This document shows positions 44,347 to 55,053 of a stretch of DNA of 62,270 nucleotides, piece after piece. The position numbers and the translations under genes were made by a program. Each line of letters opens with the position of its first letter. Within the stretch, counting starts at the first letter, position 1. The notes under the pieces were generated by a model that saw nothing but the letters and a program-made list of their open reading frames with translations, ran no database searches and was not told the origin of the DNA. The stretch lies in contig JAQUMI010000003.1 in assembly GCA_028718225.1 (NCBI GenBank), positions 1 through 62,270 on the forward strand. The letters run 5' to 3'. This DNA comes from Candidatus Omnitrophota bacterium (GTDB taxonomy: Bacteria > Omnitrophota > Gorgyraeia > Gygaellales > Profunditerraquicolaceae).

Positions 44347-47258
44347 TTTTTATATTTTTTACCGGAACCGCATGGACAGGGGTCATTCCGGCCGACTTTA
44401 GGGTGGGGTAATCTCACTGTCTTGGGAAGGATTATATCTTCTGCCCCAGAAAAGCCCTCGCCGTTAACCTGTTCGGCCGGGCCGTCTAGTTTGGTAATTT
44501 CAGGATGGGTCAATTCCTGATGCACGGAACTAAAAACCCCGCTGAACCTCTCGGGATGGGCTGCCTGTAGCTTGAAAATCGCTTCCACCGCCTCCTCTTC
44601 AATAGAAGAAACCATCTGCGTAAACATCCCAAAGGCCTCGCGCTTATATTCCACCAACGGGTCGCGCTGGCCATAAGCGCGCAGGCCTATACCTTCCCGC
44701 AGGCTATCCATGGCGTACAAATGGTCTTTCCATTTGGCATCAATGATCTGTAAAAATACCATACGTTCCAGATGCCGCATTAAATCCGTACCGATAGACT
44801 TTTCTTTATCCGCATAAAGCCCGGTGATTTGGGTAAATAATTCTTCCTGTAAATTCATTCCGGGCGGATTATCAATTTTATCCGGAGCAAGTTCTAAGCC
44901 GAACTTTGATTTTACTGCCGTAACCAGGCCTTGCGTATCCGGCTCGCTGCCGGAAGAATTCTCCGGGAAATACATACTGACCAGGTTACCGGCAATAGCC
45001 TCCACTATTTCCAATACCCTTTCCTTAAGGGATATACCTTCCAGAATCTGATGGCGTTGGCCGTAGATTATCTCTCTCTGTTTATTCATTACATTATCAT
45101 ATTCCAGAAGCTGTTTTCTGATTTCAAAGTTATGCTGCTCCACGCGCCTCTGGGCAATTTCAATCGAGCGGCTTACCCAAGGATGTTCGATAACCTGGCC
45201 TTCTTCCAGTCCTAATTTTTCCATAATCCCGATGAGCCGCTCAGAGCCGAACAGCCGCATCAAGTCATCGGCTAAAGAAACGTAGAACCTGGAGGAGCCC
45301 GGGTCACCCTGGCGTCCGGAGCGGCCACGCAGCTGATTATCAATCCTGCGCGCTTCATGCCGTTCAGTACCCAAAACGTGCAAGCCGTCCAGTTCTACTA
45401 CTTTCTGATGTTCGACTTCAGTTTCCTGTTTATACTTATCCAATAATTCCTTATATTCCTTCTGATAATCCGGGCTATCGGATTTAAGCTTTTGCCTGGC
45501 TACGTTTTTAGCCATAAATTCCGGGTTACCGCCTAAGAGAATGTCTGTTCCACGGCCGGCCATATTGGTAGCAATGGTTACGGCTTTAAACCTTCCGGCC
45601 TGGGCGACAATCTGCGCTTCTAACTCATGGTATTTGGCATTAAGCACCTGATGTGCTATGCCGCGACGCTTAAGCATCTCCGAGAGGTGCTCGGATTTAT
45701 CTATGGAAATAGTGCCCACTAAAACCGGCCGGCCCGAATTATAAAGCCCAACGATCTCCTCCACTACCGCTTCGAACTTTTCTTTTTCGGTCTTATAAAT
45801 CCGGTCGGCGTAATTTGCACGGATAAGCGGTTTATTCGTGGGTATGACTACGACATCCAGTTGGTAGATATTCTTAAATTCATTCGCTTCGGTAAAAGCT
45901 GTCCCGGTCATCCCGGCTAGCTTTTCATACATGCGAAAATAATTCTGGAAGGTCACTGTAGCCAGGGTCTGGTTCTCGCGCTCGATCTTCATCCCTTCTT
46001 TTGCCTCTACCGCCTGATGCAGGCCGTCTGACCAACGCCTGCCCGGCATCATGCGGCCGGTGAATTCATCAACGATAATGACTTCGCCTTCTTTAATCAC
46101 ATAATCTACATCCCTCTCGTAAAATTCTTTGGCCCGCAGGGCGGCGATGGTGTGATGGCGGTATTCTATGGTTTCGATATTATGCAGGCTCTCCACTCCC
46201 CAAAGGCCGGCGGCTTTAGTTTCGCCACTATCGGTAAGAGCAACAGTCTGGGCTTTTTCATCCGCAACATAATCAAAACCCTTGCCCAAATCCACACCCT
46301 TGTACTTTGCGTCTATCTCATCTTTTTCCGTGACGCGCCTGCCGGAAAGCTGGTCAGCTATTTTTTTGGCGGTAAAATATTTTCCGGTAGACTCCTCGGC
46401 CGCGCCGCTGATAATCAACGGGGTACGCGCCTCATCAATCAATATTGAATCTACCTCGTCAACGATAGCGTAATAAAACGGCCTCTGGACCAGCTCTTCC
46501 AGGGAATACTTCATGTTATCGCGCAGGTAATCAAACCCAAATTCGTTATTCGTCCCGTAGGTAATATCGCAGGAATAAGCGAGCTTACGCTCTTGGTCGG
46601 ACATCTCGTGCTGGATAACTCCGACGGATAAGCCTAAAAATTCATACACCGGCCCCATCCACTCGCTATCGCGCCGGGCAAGATAGTCGTTTACCGTAAC
46701 CACGTGCACCCCGCAGCCTCGAAGTGCATTTAAATATGCCGGAAGAGTAGCAACGAGGGTCTTTCCTTCACCGGTAGACATCTCGGCGATTCTCCCTTCA
46801 TGTAAAATAACGCCTCCGGCAATCTGGGAATCAAAATGGCGTAGGCCAATAGTCCTTTTGGCCGCTTCCCGCACTACCGCAAATGCCTCTGGCAGGATAT
46901 CTGCAAAAATCCGGTTGCGCGAAAACTTCAATTTCTCTTTCAGCTTCTCTTTCTCTTCCGGTATAGCTACAGAAAGCATTGCTGCTTCCAACTCCTGCAG
47001 TTCCTGCGCATAAGCTTTAGTTTTTTTAAAAATATGCTCCTTAAATTCCAAATTCTTCTCTCTTAACTGGGCGTCGGAAAGAACGCTAACCTTAGGCTCA
47101 AGGGCATTTACCGCGTAGACTATACTGCTCACCTCGGTCATCTTATTCATCGACGGCTGCGGCATCTCCTCGTGCAAGAAGATATTTACGCCCGGGGCTT
47201 TACGCTTAATCTGGTTTTGCTTAGCCCTTAAGATTGACTTTTTAATGAATTTTAACAT
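44331..47258 (-). CDS. secA: preprotein translocase ATPase SecA
   Basis: MSTGEGKT Walker [30 protein letters not shown]-terminal zinc finger [14 protein letters not shown]. Confidence 0.95.
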   Translation of the reverse strand: MLKFIKKSILRAKQNQIKRKAPGVNIFLHEEMPQPSMNKMTEVSSIVYAVNALEPKVSVLSDAQLREKNLEFKEHIFKKTKAYAQELQELEAAMLSVAIPEEKEKLKEKLKFSRNRIFADILPEAFAVVREAAKRTIGLRHFDSQIAGGVILHEGRIAEMSTGEGKTLVATLPAYLNALRGCGVHVVTVNDYLARRDSEWMGPVYEFLGLSVGVIQHEMSDQERKLAYSCDITYGTNNEFGFDYLRDNMKYSLEELVQRPFYYAIVDEVDSILIDEARTPLIISGAAEESTGKYFTAKKIADQLSGRRVTEKDEIDAKYKGVDLGKGFDYVADEKAQTVALTDSGETKAAGLWGVESLHNIETIEYRHHTIAALRAKEFYERDVDYVIKEGEVIIVDEFTGRMMPGRRWSDGLHQAVEAKEGMKIERENQTLATVTFQNYFRMYEKLAGMTGTAFTEANEFKNIYQLDVVVIPTNKPLIRANYADRIYKTEKEKFEAVVEEIVGLYNSGRPVLVGTISIDKSEHLSEMLKRRGIAHQVLNAKYHELEAQIVAQAGRFKAVTIATNMAGRGTDILLGGNPEFMAKNVARQKLKSDSPDYQKEYKELLDKYKQETEVEHQKVVELDGLHVLGTERHEARRIDNQLRGRSGRQGDPGSSRFYVSLADDLMRLFGSERLIGIMEKLGLEEGQVIEHPWVSRSIEIAQRRVEQHNFEIRKQLLEYDNVMNKQREIIYGQRHQILEGISLKERVLEIVEAIAGNLVSMYFPENSSGSEPDTQGLVTAVKSKFGLELAPDKIDNPPGMNLQEELFTQITGLYADKEKSIGTDLMRHLERMVFLQIIDAKWKDHLYAMDSLREGIGLRAYGQRDPLVEYKREAFGMFTQMVSSIEEEAVEAIFKLQAAHPERFSGVFSSVHQELTHPEITKLDGPAEQVNGEGFSGAEDIILPKTVRLPHPKVGRNDPCPCGSGKKYKKCCGR

Positions 47259-47262
47259 TATT

Positions 47263-48367
47263 CTACTGCGCTTTTTTTTGAAGTTTCAGATGCGCCTCGA
47301 TAAATTCATCCAGGCCGCCATCCATGACTTTGGCCACATCCCCGGTTTCATGATCCGTGCGGTGGTCCTTAACCATATTATAAGGATGCATAACGTAAGA
47401 ACGGATCTGGCTGCCGAATTCTATTTTTTTCTTTCCTCCGGCATAAGCTTTGAGCATCTCTTCTTCCTTTTTTACTCTCTCCAGTTCATAGATGCGCGCC
47501 TTTAAGATTTTCAGTGCTGTCTGTTTATTCTGATGTTGGGAACGCTCATTCTGGCACTGCGCTACTAGACCAGTAGGGATATGCGTAATCCTCACCGCCG
47601 AATCCGTGGTATTAACGCTCTGGCCGCCGGCGCCCTTAGAACGATATACATCAATACGCAGGTCTTTTTCTTCCAGTTTTAGATTAATGTCTTCCTGGAC
47701 TTCAGGGATTATATCTACCGAAGCAAAAGAGGTATGCCGGCGTTTATTGGCATCAAAGGGAGATATGCGCACTAACCGGTGTACCCCGCGCTCTTCTTTC
47801 AGGTAACCGTAGGCGTATTCTCCCTCCACCAGGACCGTAACATTCTTTATACCCGCTTCTTCGCCGTAGAGTATATCCAGGGCTTTTACCTTCCAGCCGC
47901 GCTGTTCGGCAAAACGGGTATACATCCGAAAAAGCATCTCTACCCAATCGCAGGATTCCGTGCCTCCGGCGCCGGCATTAATGCTCAGAATAGCGTTGTT
48001 CGGATCAAATTCTCCGGAAAGAAGGGTTTTAAATTCTAGACTTTCTACCTCGCTTAAGAGGGAATCAATATCCTTATTTAATTCTGAATATAGTGCGCTA
48101 TCTTGGGCGTTAAGTATACCGGCGAGTTCCTGCAGCTCCTGGTGCTTTTTGGCGGAAACCTCCCAGGGCTCAACCGTATTTTTCAATGTCTTTAACTGCC
48201 GGACAATCCTGGTAGATTTTTCGCTATCATCCCAAAAACCAGGCTCGGACATCTGAGCGGATAAATCCGCGATAAGCTTCTTTTTATGATCAATGTCAAA
48301 GATAACCTCTTAGTTGCTCCAGGTTAAGCTGGATACCCTCGAGTTTGGATTTTAACTCATCTAGCAT
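47263..48367 (-). CDS. prfB: peptide chain release factor 2, with programmed +1 frameshift
   Basis: ORF0 is ATG (48367)...[26 protein letters not shown]. After a +1 shift at CTT TGA C it continues [24 protein letters not shown]... into the 329-aa ORF, which carries SPF and GGQ (GAGGQSVN). Confidence 0.9.
48295..48310 (-). other. prfB +1 frameshift site
   Basis: Minus strand AGAGGTTATCTTTGAC: an SD-like AGAGG three nt upstream of CTT-TGA-C, close to the E. coli AGGGGGTATCTTTGAC. Confidence 0.85.
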
Positions 48368-48385
48368 CTTATCTCCTTAAGTATT

Positions 48386-49459
48386 TTAGTTCTTTTTTAT
48401 ACCCCGCAGCGCCAGGAGCAGCTCGTCTTTACTGTCGGCAAAATCAATTGCCTGCTCTTCACTGATCTTAGCCTCTTTTACCAGTCTGACCAGGGACTGC
48501 GTGAAAGACTGCATCCCGAAAACCGAGCCGTCATCAATGAACTGCGGAATTTCCCAAATCTTACCTTCGCGTATTAAGCGGCTGATAGTGGGAGTAAGCA
48601 GCATAACTTCATAAGCAGGGATCCGTCCGGAACCGTTCTTGCTGGGAATCAGCCTTAAGGATATTACGCCCTTCAACAAACTGGCTAATTGGTTCCGGAT
48701 CTCCTGGTGCTGGTGCGGAGGGAAAAAATTGATAATCCTTTCTACGCTCTGCACGGCATTAATAGTATGCAGGGTGCTTAGCACCAATACCCCTGTCTCT
48801 GCCGCGGCCAATACGCTGGACATAGTCTCGGCATCGCGGATATTGCTAATAAACAAAACATCGGGGCTTTGCAGAGTAAAGGCACGCAAGGCTGACGGAT
48901 AGGAAGCGACATCAATGCCCAGCTCCCTCTGATTAATAAGTGATTCCTTATCCTTAAAGGTAAATTCTATCGGCTCCTCAATAGTCAGGATATGTTTTTT
49001 GCTGTTAGTGTTGATATAATCTATCATGCTGGCAATGGCCGTGGATTTGCCGCTGCCCATACTGCCGGTCAAAAGTACCAGGCCCCCTTTTTCCAGGCAC
49101 AGTTTCTTTAAAACATCTACGGGCAGATTCAGCTCCTCGAATGTCTGCGTAACATTATTCACCCGCCTTATAACTATGGAAGGCCAGTTTCTTTGCATGA
49201 ATATACTTACGCGAAACCTCAGGCCCAGCTCTTCCACGTAGACCGCAAAACCCAGGTCTAAATTGTCCTTAAAAAACTCTCTTTGTTTAAGAGTAGTTAT
49301 CTCTTCGGCTGCCTTGATAACATCATCAATGGTCAGCACTTTTTCATCGATAACCAGCAACTTGCCATCGACCCTTAAACGCGCAGAGCCTCCGGCCCGG
49401 TAGAATAAATCCGAGGCGTTACGCTTAACCATCTCATGCATCAGTTCTTTAATGCTCAT
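48386..49459 (-). CDS. pilT: type IV pilus retraction ATPase PilT/PilU family
   Basis: GSMGSGKST Walker A, Asp box, Walker B (DVLFISNIRD) and His-box pattern. Confidence 0.85.
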   Translation of the reverse strand: MSIKELMHEMVKRNASDLFYRAGGSARLRVDGKLLVIDEKVLTIDDVIKAAEEITTLKQREFFKDNLDLGFAVYVEELGLRFRVSIFMQRNWPSIVIRRVNNVTQTFEELNLPVDVLKKLCLEKGGLVLLTGSMGSGKSTAIASMIDYINTNSKKHILTIEEPIEFTFKDKESLINQRELGIDVASYPSALRAFTLQSPDVLFISNIRDAETMSSVLAAAETGVLVLSTLHTINAVQSVERIINFFPPHQHQEIRNQLASLLKGVISLRLIPSKNGSGRIPAYEVMLLTPTISRLIREGKIWEIPQFIDDGSVFGMQSFTQSLVRLVKEAKISEEQAIDFADSKDELLLALRGIKKN

Positions 49460-49483
49460 TTTACCTCCAGCTATTGATTTTTA

Positions 49484-50977
49484 TTATACCACTCTCTTGG
49501 TTTTATGAGTAGGATTAAATTCCATGTACCTGCCTAAGGCCAGGTGCGTCTGGGCATCCAGCGCCGGGAGCGAACCGATGATCAATATTATAAAGGGGAC
49601 CATTACCCACTCCAGGATCATTACCACATTTTTCATCCAGCTGATCCCCTTTGGCCGCGGAGGCAGGATTATACGGCTTAAAACTACCCAGACAAGGCTG
49701 GCCGCAAAGGTGAAGTTAAAGAGCAGCCCGGTTATCTTAGGCAGGTTATAACCTATGGCCATTTGATTGAAAAAAGCCCCTCCCAGGATAATCGGCAATG
49801 GCCCGATAAAAACCAGAATGATCGCCCAGACTGCCCAGGTTACATGGCTCTCTAAAAGATGGAAAGATCTTCTTATTTTTGTTAAGAGGGGTATCTGTCT
49901 TTCGTTTAAAAATCCGCTGATTAAAAACGGAAAATTCTCAACCCCCCAGGCCCACCTGCGCTTTTGCCTGTATTGCATCTCGATTGTTTTTAAAAAGCTG
50001 CTGGAATATGCCACATCCATAGAAACGGTGTTATATAAAGGGATAACCCGGTAATTACCCCCATAAAAAAGGAATGCCTTCCAATAAATCACCGAATCGT
50101 CCGAGACCATGTCCACAGGCCAATAACCTATATCGACCAGGGTTTTAAAGCTCATGCTATGGCTGGAGAATGTAACAAATTTTTCCAGGCGCATGCTTTC
50201 AATCATCTGGCAAAAAGAAGAGCTTATTTCAACCAGCCGCGCAAATGACGGCGCCTGCCATATATTATTATTATAAACCGGTATCGGCTGATAGCTGGCC
50301 TGGTGCGGTTTAGGCGAAGTTAAAAAATGGTAGCTTAAACACCCGAAATATTCTTTATCTACGCAGGTATCTGCGTCGAAACAGGAAACAACCACTTCTT
50401 CATCCTTAATGCCTTCTGCCTGCAATAAGTCTTTTGCTTTTTTGGCCGCCCAGGTCGCGTTAGCGCCTTTAGTCCTGGCCTCAGCCTCAAGCCCGTCCGG
50501 ATGAAAAGTGGACAGGTGCCGGAAAAATTTATCCTTGAATTCTGATTCCAATACTGCGGAATTTTCCCTCGCCCCGGGGTTACGTTCTTCAAATGCCATA
50601 ACGACGATCATTTTTTCTTTCGGATAGTTACATTCCTGCAAGGCCCTCAAAGAAGGCCTTAAGATATCCAGGCCTTCTTTGTAGACGGGGAAAATAATCA
50701 AATGATAGAGGTTATTTAAGATACCTCTTGCCTGCAGCCGATGGCACTCCACCAGCCAATTCTTATCCTTCTGCCGGTAGAGCTTATGGTGCGCCATAAC
50801 CAGTAAGGTAGTCAGGTACACGGTCCGGATAATCCAGTAGAAATCAAAAACAATAATTATAATGGCGCAGGAGACCGGATTAAATATGGCCAATAAAATA
50901 AGCAGGATAATTATGCCCCAGGATAAAAACCCGGGAATAATCTCCAGTACCCTCTTTACTTTTTTATTCTTTTGCAT
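49484..50977 (-). CDS. membrane-integrated processive family-2 glycosyltransferase
   Basis: N- and C-terminal TM bundles, FDADT (DxD), QYRQKRRWAWG (QxxRW motif of cellulose/chitin/hyaluronan-type synthases). Confidence 0.65.
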   Translation of the reverse strand: MQKNKKVKRVLEIIPGFLSWGIIILLILLAIFNPVSCAIIIIVFDFYWIIRTVYLTTLLVMAHHKLYRQKDKNWLVECHRLQARGILNNLYHLIIFPVYKEGLDILRPSLRALQECNYPKEKMIVVMAFEERNPGARENSAVLESEFKDKFFRHLSTFHPDGLEAEARTKGANATWAAKKAKDLLQAEGIKDEEVVVSCFDADTCVDKEYFGCLSYHFLTSPKPHQASYQPIPVYNNNIWQAPSFARLVEISSSFCQMIESMRLEKFVTFSSHSMSFKTLVDIGYWPVDMVSDDSVIYWKAFLFYGGNYRVIPLYNTVSMDVAYSSSFLKTIEMQYRQKRRWAWGVENFPFLISGFLNERQIPLLTKIRRSFHLLESHVTWAVWAIILVFIGPLPIILGGAFFNQMAIGYNLPKITGLLFNFTFAASLVWVVLSRIILPPRPKGISWMKNVVMILEWVMVPFIILIIGSLPALDAQTHLALGRYMEFNPTHKTKRVV

Positions 50978-51911
50978 TTTGCCTCAACCTTATCAGGTCA
51001 TTAAAAAGAACTGCTTTTTTATTCAGTTCAAGCTTATAGATATTATCGTAAGATACGCCGTCCTCGCCAGTCTGGGAATCCATGAAATACAGGGTATCGC
51101 TGTTAGCCTCATAAGAAACTTCGGAGATCCTGCTGTTCAGGTTCACCAGGTTCACCGGGCTGGACTTGGCTTGCATTTCCGTCACTTTGATGCTCCTGTC
51201 GGTAACCAGGACGAGATGATAGCTGTCCGAATGCCAAAATACGTTATTTATCTGCTGTCCGGGAAAATCCAGGAGAACCGGCGGCTGGGTATAGGATAAA
51301 TCCCCTGCAGGCCTCGGATAAAGTACGGCAATTTGATGCGCGTTAAAAATAAGCATCTTCTCTTTATCCGGAGATACCTTTAGCTCTTTGGGGAAAGGAA
51401 TAAACCCGGGAGGGATATTGCCTATTTCCTTGAACTTTTCTCCTTTAAAGTCGGATTCGTAAAGAATGCTCCCTTCCTGGTTAAGGTAATAAATCCTAGC
51501 GTTATCCTTGTCCAGCCAGAAACGCGATACTTTATCCTGGTTCAATTGCTCTATGTTCGAACGCTTAGGGAAAAGGATTATTTTTTCTAAACGCACTACT
51601 TTACGCGGCTCGACATTAACCTGAAAAGACCACGGATAATGGGCTCTCAACTCCAGCTTAAGATTATATGAACCCGGAAGGAGTTCGTTAATAGTCGCCG
51701 GGGTTTTGTCATTCAACAGTTTACCGTCCAGATAAATGCTCGCTCCCTGCGGCTGCGTTTTTAAACTGATAATACCGGTCTTGGCAAATTTAAGGGTGCG
51801 CGGGTTGAATTTATAACCCAGGGAAGAAGACAGGATGGCTGGAAGTCCGGTAAAAAATACCGCTACGCTTAAATAAAAAAGAACGGCCCTTATTCGTTGC
51901 TCATTAGACAC
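50964..51911 (-). CDS. PEGA-domain membrane-anchored protein
   Basis: N-terminal TM, then PQGASIYLDGKLLNDKTPATINELLPGSYNLKLEL (PEGA pattern). The rest is predicted beta-rich. Confidence 0.6.
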   Translation of the reverse strand: MSNEQRIRAVLFYLSVAVFFTGLPAILSSSLGYKFNPRTLKFAKTGIISLKTQPQGASIYLDGKLLNDKTPATINELLPGSYNLKLELRAHYPWSFQVNVEPRKVVRLEKIILFPKRSNIEQLNQDKVSRFWLDKDNARIYYLNQEGSILYESDFKGEKFKEIGNIPPGFIPFPKELKVSPDKEKMLIFNAHQIAVLYPRPAGDLSYTQPPVLLDFPGQQINNVFWHSDSYHLVLVTDRSIKVTEMQAKSSPVNLVNLNSRISEVSYEANSDTLYFMDSQTGEDGVSYDNIYKLELNKKAVLFNDLIRLRQNAKE

Positions 51912-52168
51912 TTCTGTATTTGCCTTTCTAAGCCTAAGATAGCTTTTTTTCTTTTTACGCCGAACCTATACCCGCCTAATATATTATTGCTCTTTATTAC
52001 GCGATGACAAGGAATAATTAGCGGGAAAGGGTTATTTTTTAAAATCGTGCCTACTGCCCGGTAAGCATTCTCGTTCCCTGCCTTTTGGGCCACCCACTTA
52101 TAGGTACGCACCTCTCCCAACGGTATACTTAGTATCGCCCGATAGACTCTTCTCGCAAATGGAGTCAT
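51890..52168 (-). CDS. stand-alone MGMT/Ogt C-terminal (DNA-binding, PCHR) domain protein
   Basis: IPCHRVI active-site motif. 92 aa; lacks the N-terminal Ogt domain. Confidence 0.8.
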   Translation of the reverse strand: MTPFARRVYRAILSIPLGEVRTYKWVAQKAGNENAYRAVGTILKNNPFPLIIPCHRVIKSNNILGGYRFGVKRKKAILGLERQIQKCLMSNE

Positions 52169-53406
52169 CTGCCTATAATTTTCTTACGCCTTAGTATATG
52201 ATGATAGGCAACAGCAAACCTGTGTGCCTCGTCGCGAACGCGACGCAGGAGGTTCAAAGCCGGCGTATCCGCTGTCAATTTTAGCGGCGTTGGTTTATCT
52301 TTAGTATATATATGCTCCTCTTTTTTGGCAATACTTACTAAAGGAATATTTAAGCCGAGACGGGAAATTTCTCTTGCGGCAACCGCCAGGTGCGCTCTCC
52401 CCCCATCAATAAGTACTAAATCCGGTAAAGGAAGCTTCTCTTTGACCAGCCTGGCATAACGCCTCCCGACTACTTCAGCAAGCATCCCGTAGTCGTCAAT
52501 TGAACTAACTGTCTTGATCCGGAACCGGCGATAGCTATTCTTATCCGGTAATCCCCGGTAAAAACTTACCATTGAACCGCAAGCTTCTTTACCAAAAATA
52601 TTGGACAAATCAAAAGCCTCTATTCTTGCGGGAAGCTTTTTAAGCCGTAAAAGATTTTTTAAATCTTCCAATTCACCCTGATTGGCAAGGCCGGCGTAGT
52701 TCTGGGATATCGCGCTTAAGGCATTGACCTGGTCCCTGATCCTGGCGGCCTCTTCGAATGCGTGCGCTTTAGCCTTAAGCTCCATTTCACGCAGCAGTTT
52801 CTTGATAAGCAACTCTGTCTTGCCTTCCAAGATAAAAGAAATATTCTTGATGGTTCTGGCGTATTCCTTTTTATTTATTTTACCGATACAAGGCGCCGGA
52901 GATAAACCGATACGGTAATATACGCAAGCCTTGTCCGGCATCTGTTTGCAGGAGCGATACGGAAAACGCCGGCGGACAATCTTTAATGCCTCTTTAAGAA
53001 GGCAAGCGCTGGTATAAGGCCCGAAGTAAGTCGCTCCGTCGTTTTCTCTCTTGCGCGTAATACAAACTACGGGAAATTCTTCATTGGTAATTTTCACCAG
53101 CGGGAAACTTTTATCGTCGCGTAAAGACACATTGTATTTTGGTGCGTATTTATGTATAAGGCTTGCTTCCAGCAGTAACGCGAGACTCTCGGTAGGAGTA
53201 AGCTTATAGACGATATCGGAGACATGCGACATCAGCATCATCGTCTTGGCATCAAGCGCGCGGCCGAAATAATTACTCAGCCGCGCTTTAAGCGACTTAG
53301 CCTTGCCCACATAGATGACGCGCCCGGCAGCATCTTTCATCAAATATATACCGGAGGCAGGCGGCACCTTTTTAACCTTCTTTTTTAACATCTCAAGATT
53401 ATTCAT
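52165..53406 (-). CDS. uvrC: excinuclease ABC subunit C, short form lacking the C-terminal (HhH)2 domain
   Basis: GIY-YIG (GIYLMKDAAGRVIYVGKAKSLKARL), UVR motif (FEEAARIRDQVNAL), RNase H-like endonuclease region (IEAFDLSN...LIDGGRAHL...RDEAHRFA). Ends ~190 aa earlier than typical UvrC. Confidence 0.8.
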   Translation of the reverse strand: MNNLEMLKKKVKKVPPASGIYLMKDAAGRVIYVGKAKSLKARLSNYFGRALDAKTMMLMSHVSDIVYKLTPTESLALLLEASLIHKYAPKYNVSLRDDKSFPLVKITNEEFPVVCITRKRENDGATYFGPYTSACLLKEALKIVRRRFPYRSCKQMPDKACVYYRIGLSPAPCIGKINKKEYARTIKNISFILEGKTELLIKKLLREMELKAKAHAFEEAARIRDQVNALSAISQNYAGLANQGELEDLKNLLRLKKLPARIEAFDLSNIFGKEACGSMVSFYRGLPDKNSYRRFRIKTVSSIDDYGMLAEVVGRRYARLVKEKLPLPDLVLIDGGRAHLAVAAREISRLGLNIPLVSIAKKEEHIYTKDKPTPLKLTADTPALNLLRRVRDEAHRFAVAYHHILRRKKIIGR

Positions 53407-53412
53407 AACGTA

Positions 53413-55011
53413 TCATAGCGGCTGGCCTGGCTTGTTTTTAAACAGGGCAGCTGGATGCCTGAGCATAATCCAACTCCAAAGCTGGCCCATCTCTTTAACC
53501 CTGAATATAAAACAAAAAACAATATAGGAAATTACCCCCGCCGTAATACTTCCCGCTAAATTCAGGAATTTATTAGTCTGGATTTGTCCCGCGAAGAAAC
53601 AGACCAGCCCCATGCCTAAGGAGGCCGCCAATACGCGCAAAAAACAAACCAGTATTTCCCTCCTTGCAAAATATCCGATCTTTTTTTCCAGGAGAAAAAA
53701 CAGGATAAAAAATGTAATAATCCCTGAAATAGACGTGGCCAGCGCAACACCGGCAATCTTGAGCGGAAAAATTAACACTGCATCAAAAATAATGTTCAAT
53801 ACCAGCGATACGGCAGCGACCTTGGTAGGCGTAACCGTATCTCTAAGGCTGAAAAAACACGCCTGCAACATCTTGGTCCCGCCGTAAGCAAATAATCCCA
53901 GGCTATAGAAAAACAGGGCACTGGCAGTAAGATTAGCGGAATAAGCGTCAAACCTGCCTCCCCCGAACAATGTTACAACTATTGGCTTGGCTAAAACCAT
54001 AAAAGCTACGCCGGCCGGCAGCATGACGAAAAATACCGCGCGTAGACCCCAGGCAAGCGTAGGCTTTAATTTATCTTCTATCTCTCCTAAAGACGCCTGC
54101 GTAGAAAATGTAGGAAGTATTGCTTGAGAGAGAGCGTTACTAAAAATCCCCAGGGGAAATTGGACCAGCCTGTACGAAAAATATAAAACTGCTACGCCCC
54201 CGTCACCCACAATCCAGGCTAACGAGCCAAATATCGAATCAACGAAATTATTTAGCTGATAAATACAGGAACTTAGAAGCCGCGGCAGCATTAGTTTCCC
54301 CATGCTCCTGGCGGCAGGGTGGTTGAGGGTTTGGGGGGCTTTAAGACGGAACCCTTTCTTATAAAGCACCGGTATCTGAATAGCTAATTGCAAAACCCCG
54401 CCGACCAAAACTCCCCAGGCCAGGCCCTTGATCCCTTCTCCGAAAACCAAAGCAAAAACAATTATGGATATATTTAGAAGGCAGGGCGCGAATGCGGAAA
54501 CAGTAAAGTTTTTCAGGGAATTTAATACGCCCATAGAATAGGCGCTTAAACTAACCAAGAGGATATAGGGAAAGATAATCCGGTTAAGTTTAATGGTTGC
54601 GGCGAGTTTTTCCGGAGAAGCGATAAAGCCGGGGGCAATAAAACGCACGATGACGGGAGAAAATATTATGCCCAGTATAGTAATGGACATAAGCACTACC
54701 AATAATATGTTCAGCACGACATTGGCCAGTTCCCAAAATTCTTCTTTTGTGTGCCGGCTGGCGTATTCGCTAAAGACCGGGACAAAGGCGGCGTTAGTTG
54801 CGCCTTCGCCGACTAAATCCCGAAAAAGGTTGGGTATCCGGAAGGCAATAACGAATGCCTGGGCATAGATATAGACTCCAAAAAGCCTGGCGATGACAAT
54901 ATCGCGCAGGAATCCTAATAAGCGCGAGATGAGCGTAGCCAGGCCGATGACGCCTGCCGACCTGGCTACCCTCCGGTTAGTTAATGGCCGCGAATATTTG
55001 TCTGTTGACAT
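53413..55011 (-). CDS. murJ: lipid II flippase MurJ
   Basis: SRLLGFLRDIVIARLFG N-terminus, 14-TM MviN pattern. Confidence 0.9.
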   Translation of the reverse strand: MSTDKYSRPLTNRRVARSAGVIGLATLISRLLGFLRDIVIARLFGVYIYAQAFVIAFRIPNLFRDLVGEGATNAAFVPVFSEYASRHTKEEFWELANVVLNILLVVLMSITILGIIFSPVIVRFIAPGFIASPEKLAATIKLNRIIFPYILLVSLSAYSMGVLNSLKNFTVSAFAPCLLNISIIVFALVFGEGIKGLAWGVLVGGVLQLAIQIPVLYKKGFRLKAPQTLNHPAARSMGKLMLPRLLSSCIYQLNNFVDSIFGSLAWIVGDGGVAVLYFSYRLVQFPLGIFSNALSQAILPTFSTQASLGEIEDKLKPTLAWGLRAVFFVMLPAGVAFMVLAKPIVVTLFGGGRFDAYSANLTASALFFYSLGLFAYGGTKMLQACFFSLRDTVTPTKVAAVSLVLNIIFDAVLIFPLKIAGVALATSISGIITFFILFFLLEKKIGYFARREILVCFLRVLAASLGMGLVCFFAGQIQTNKFLNLAGSITAGVISYIVFCFIFRVKEMGQLWSWIMLRHPAALFKNKPGQPL

Positions 55012-55053
55012 AAATAATGAAGTATGCTAATTTATTGTAAAGGAGAAAATAAT

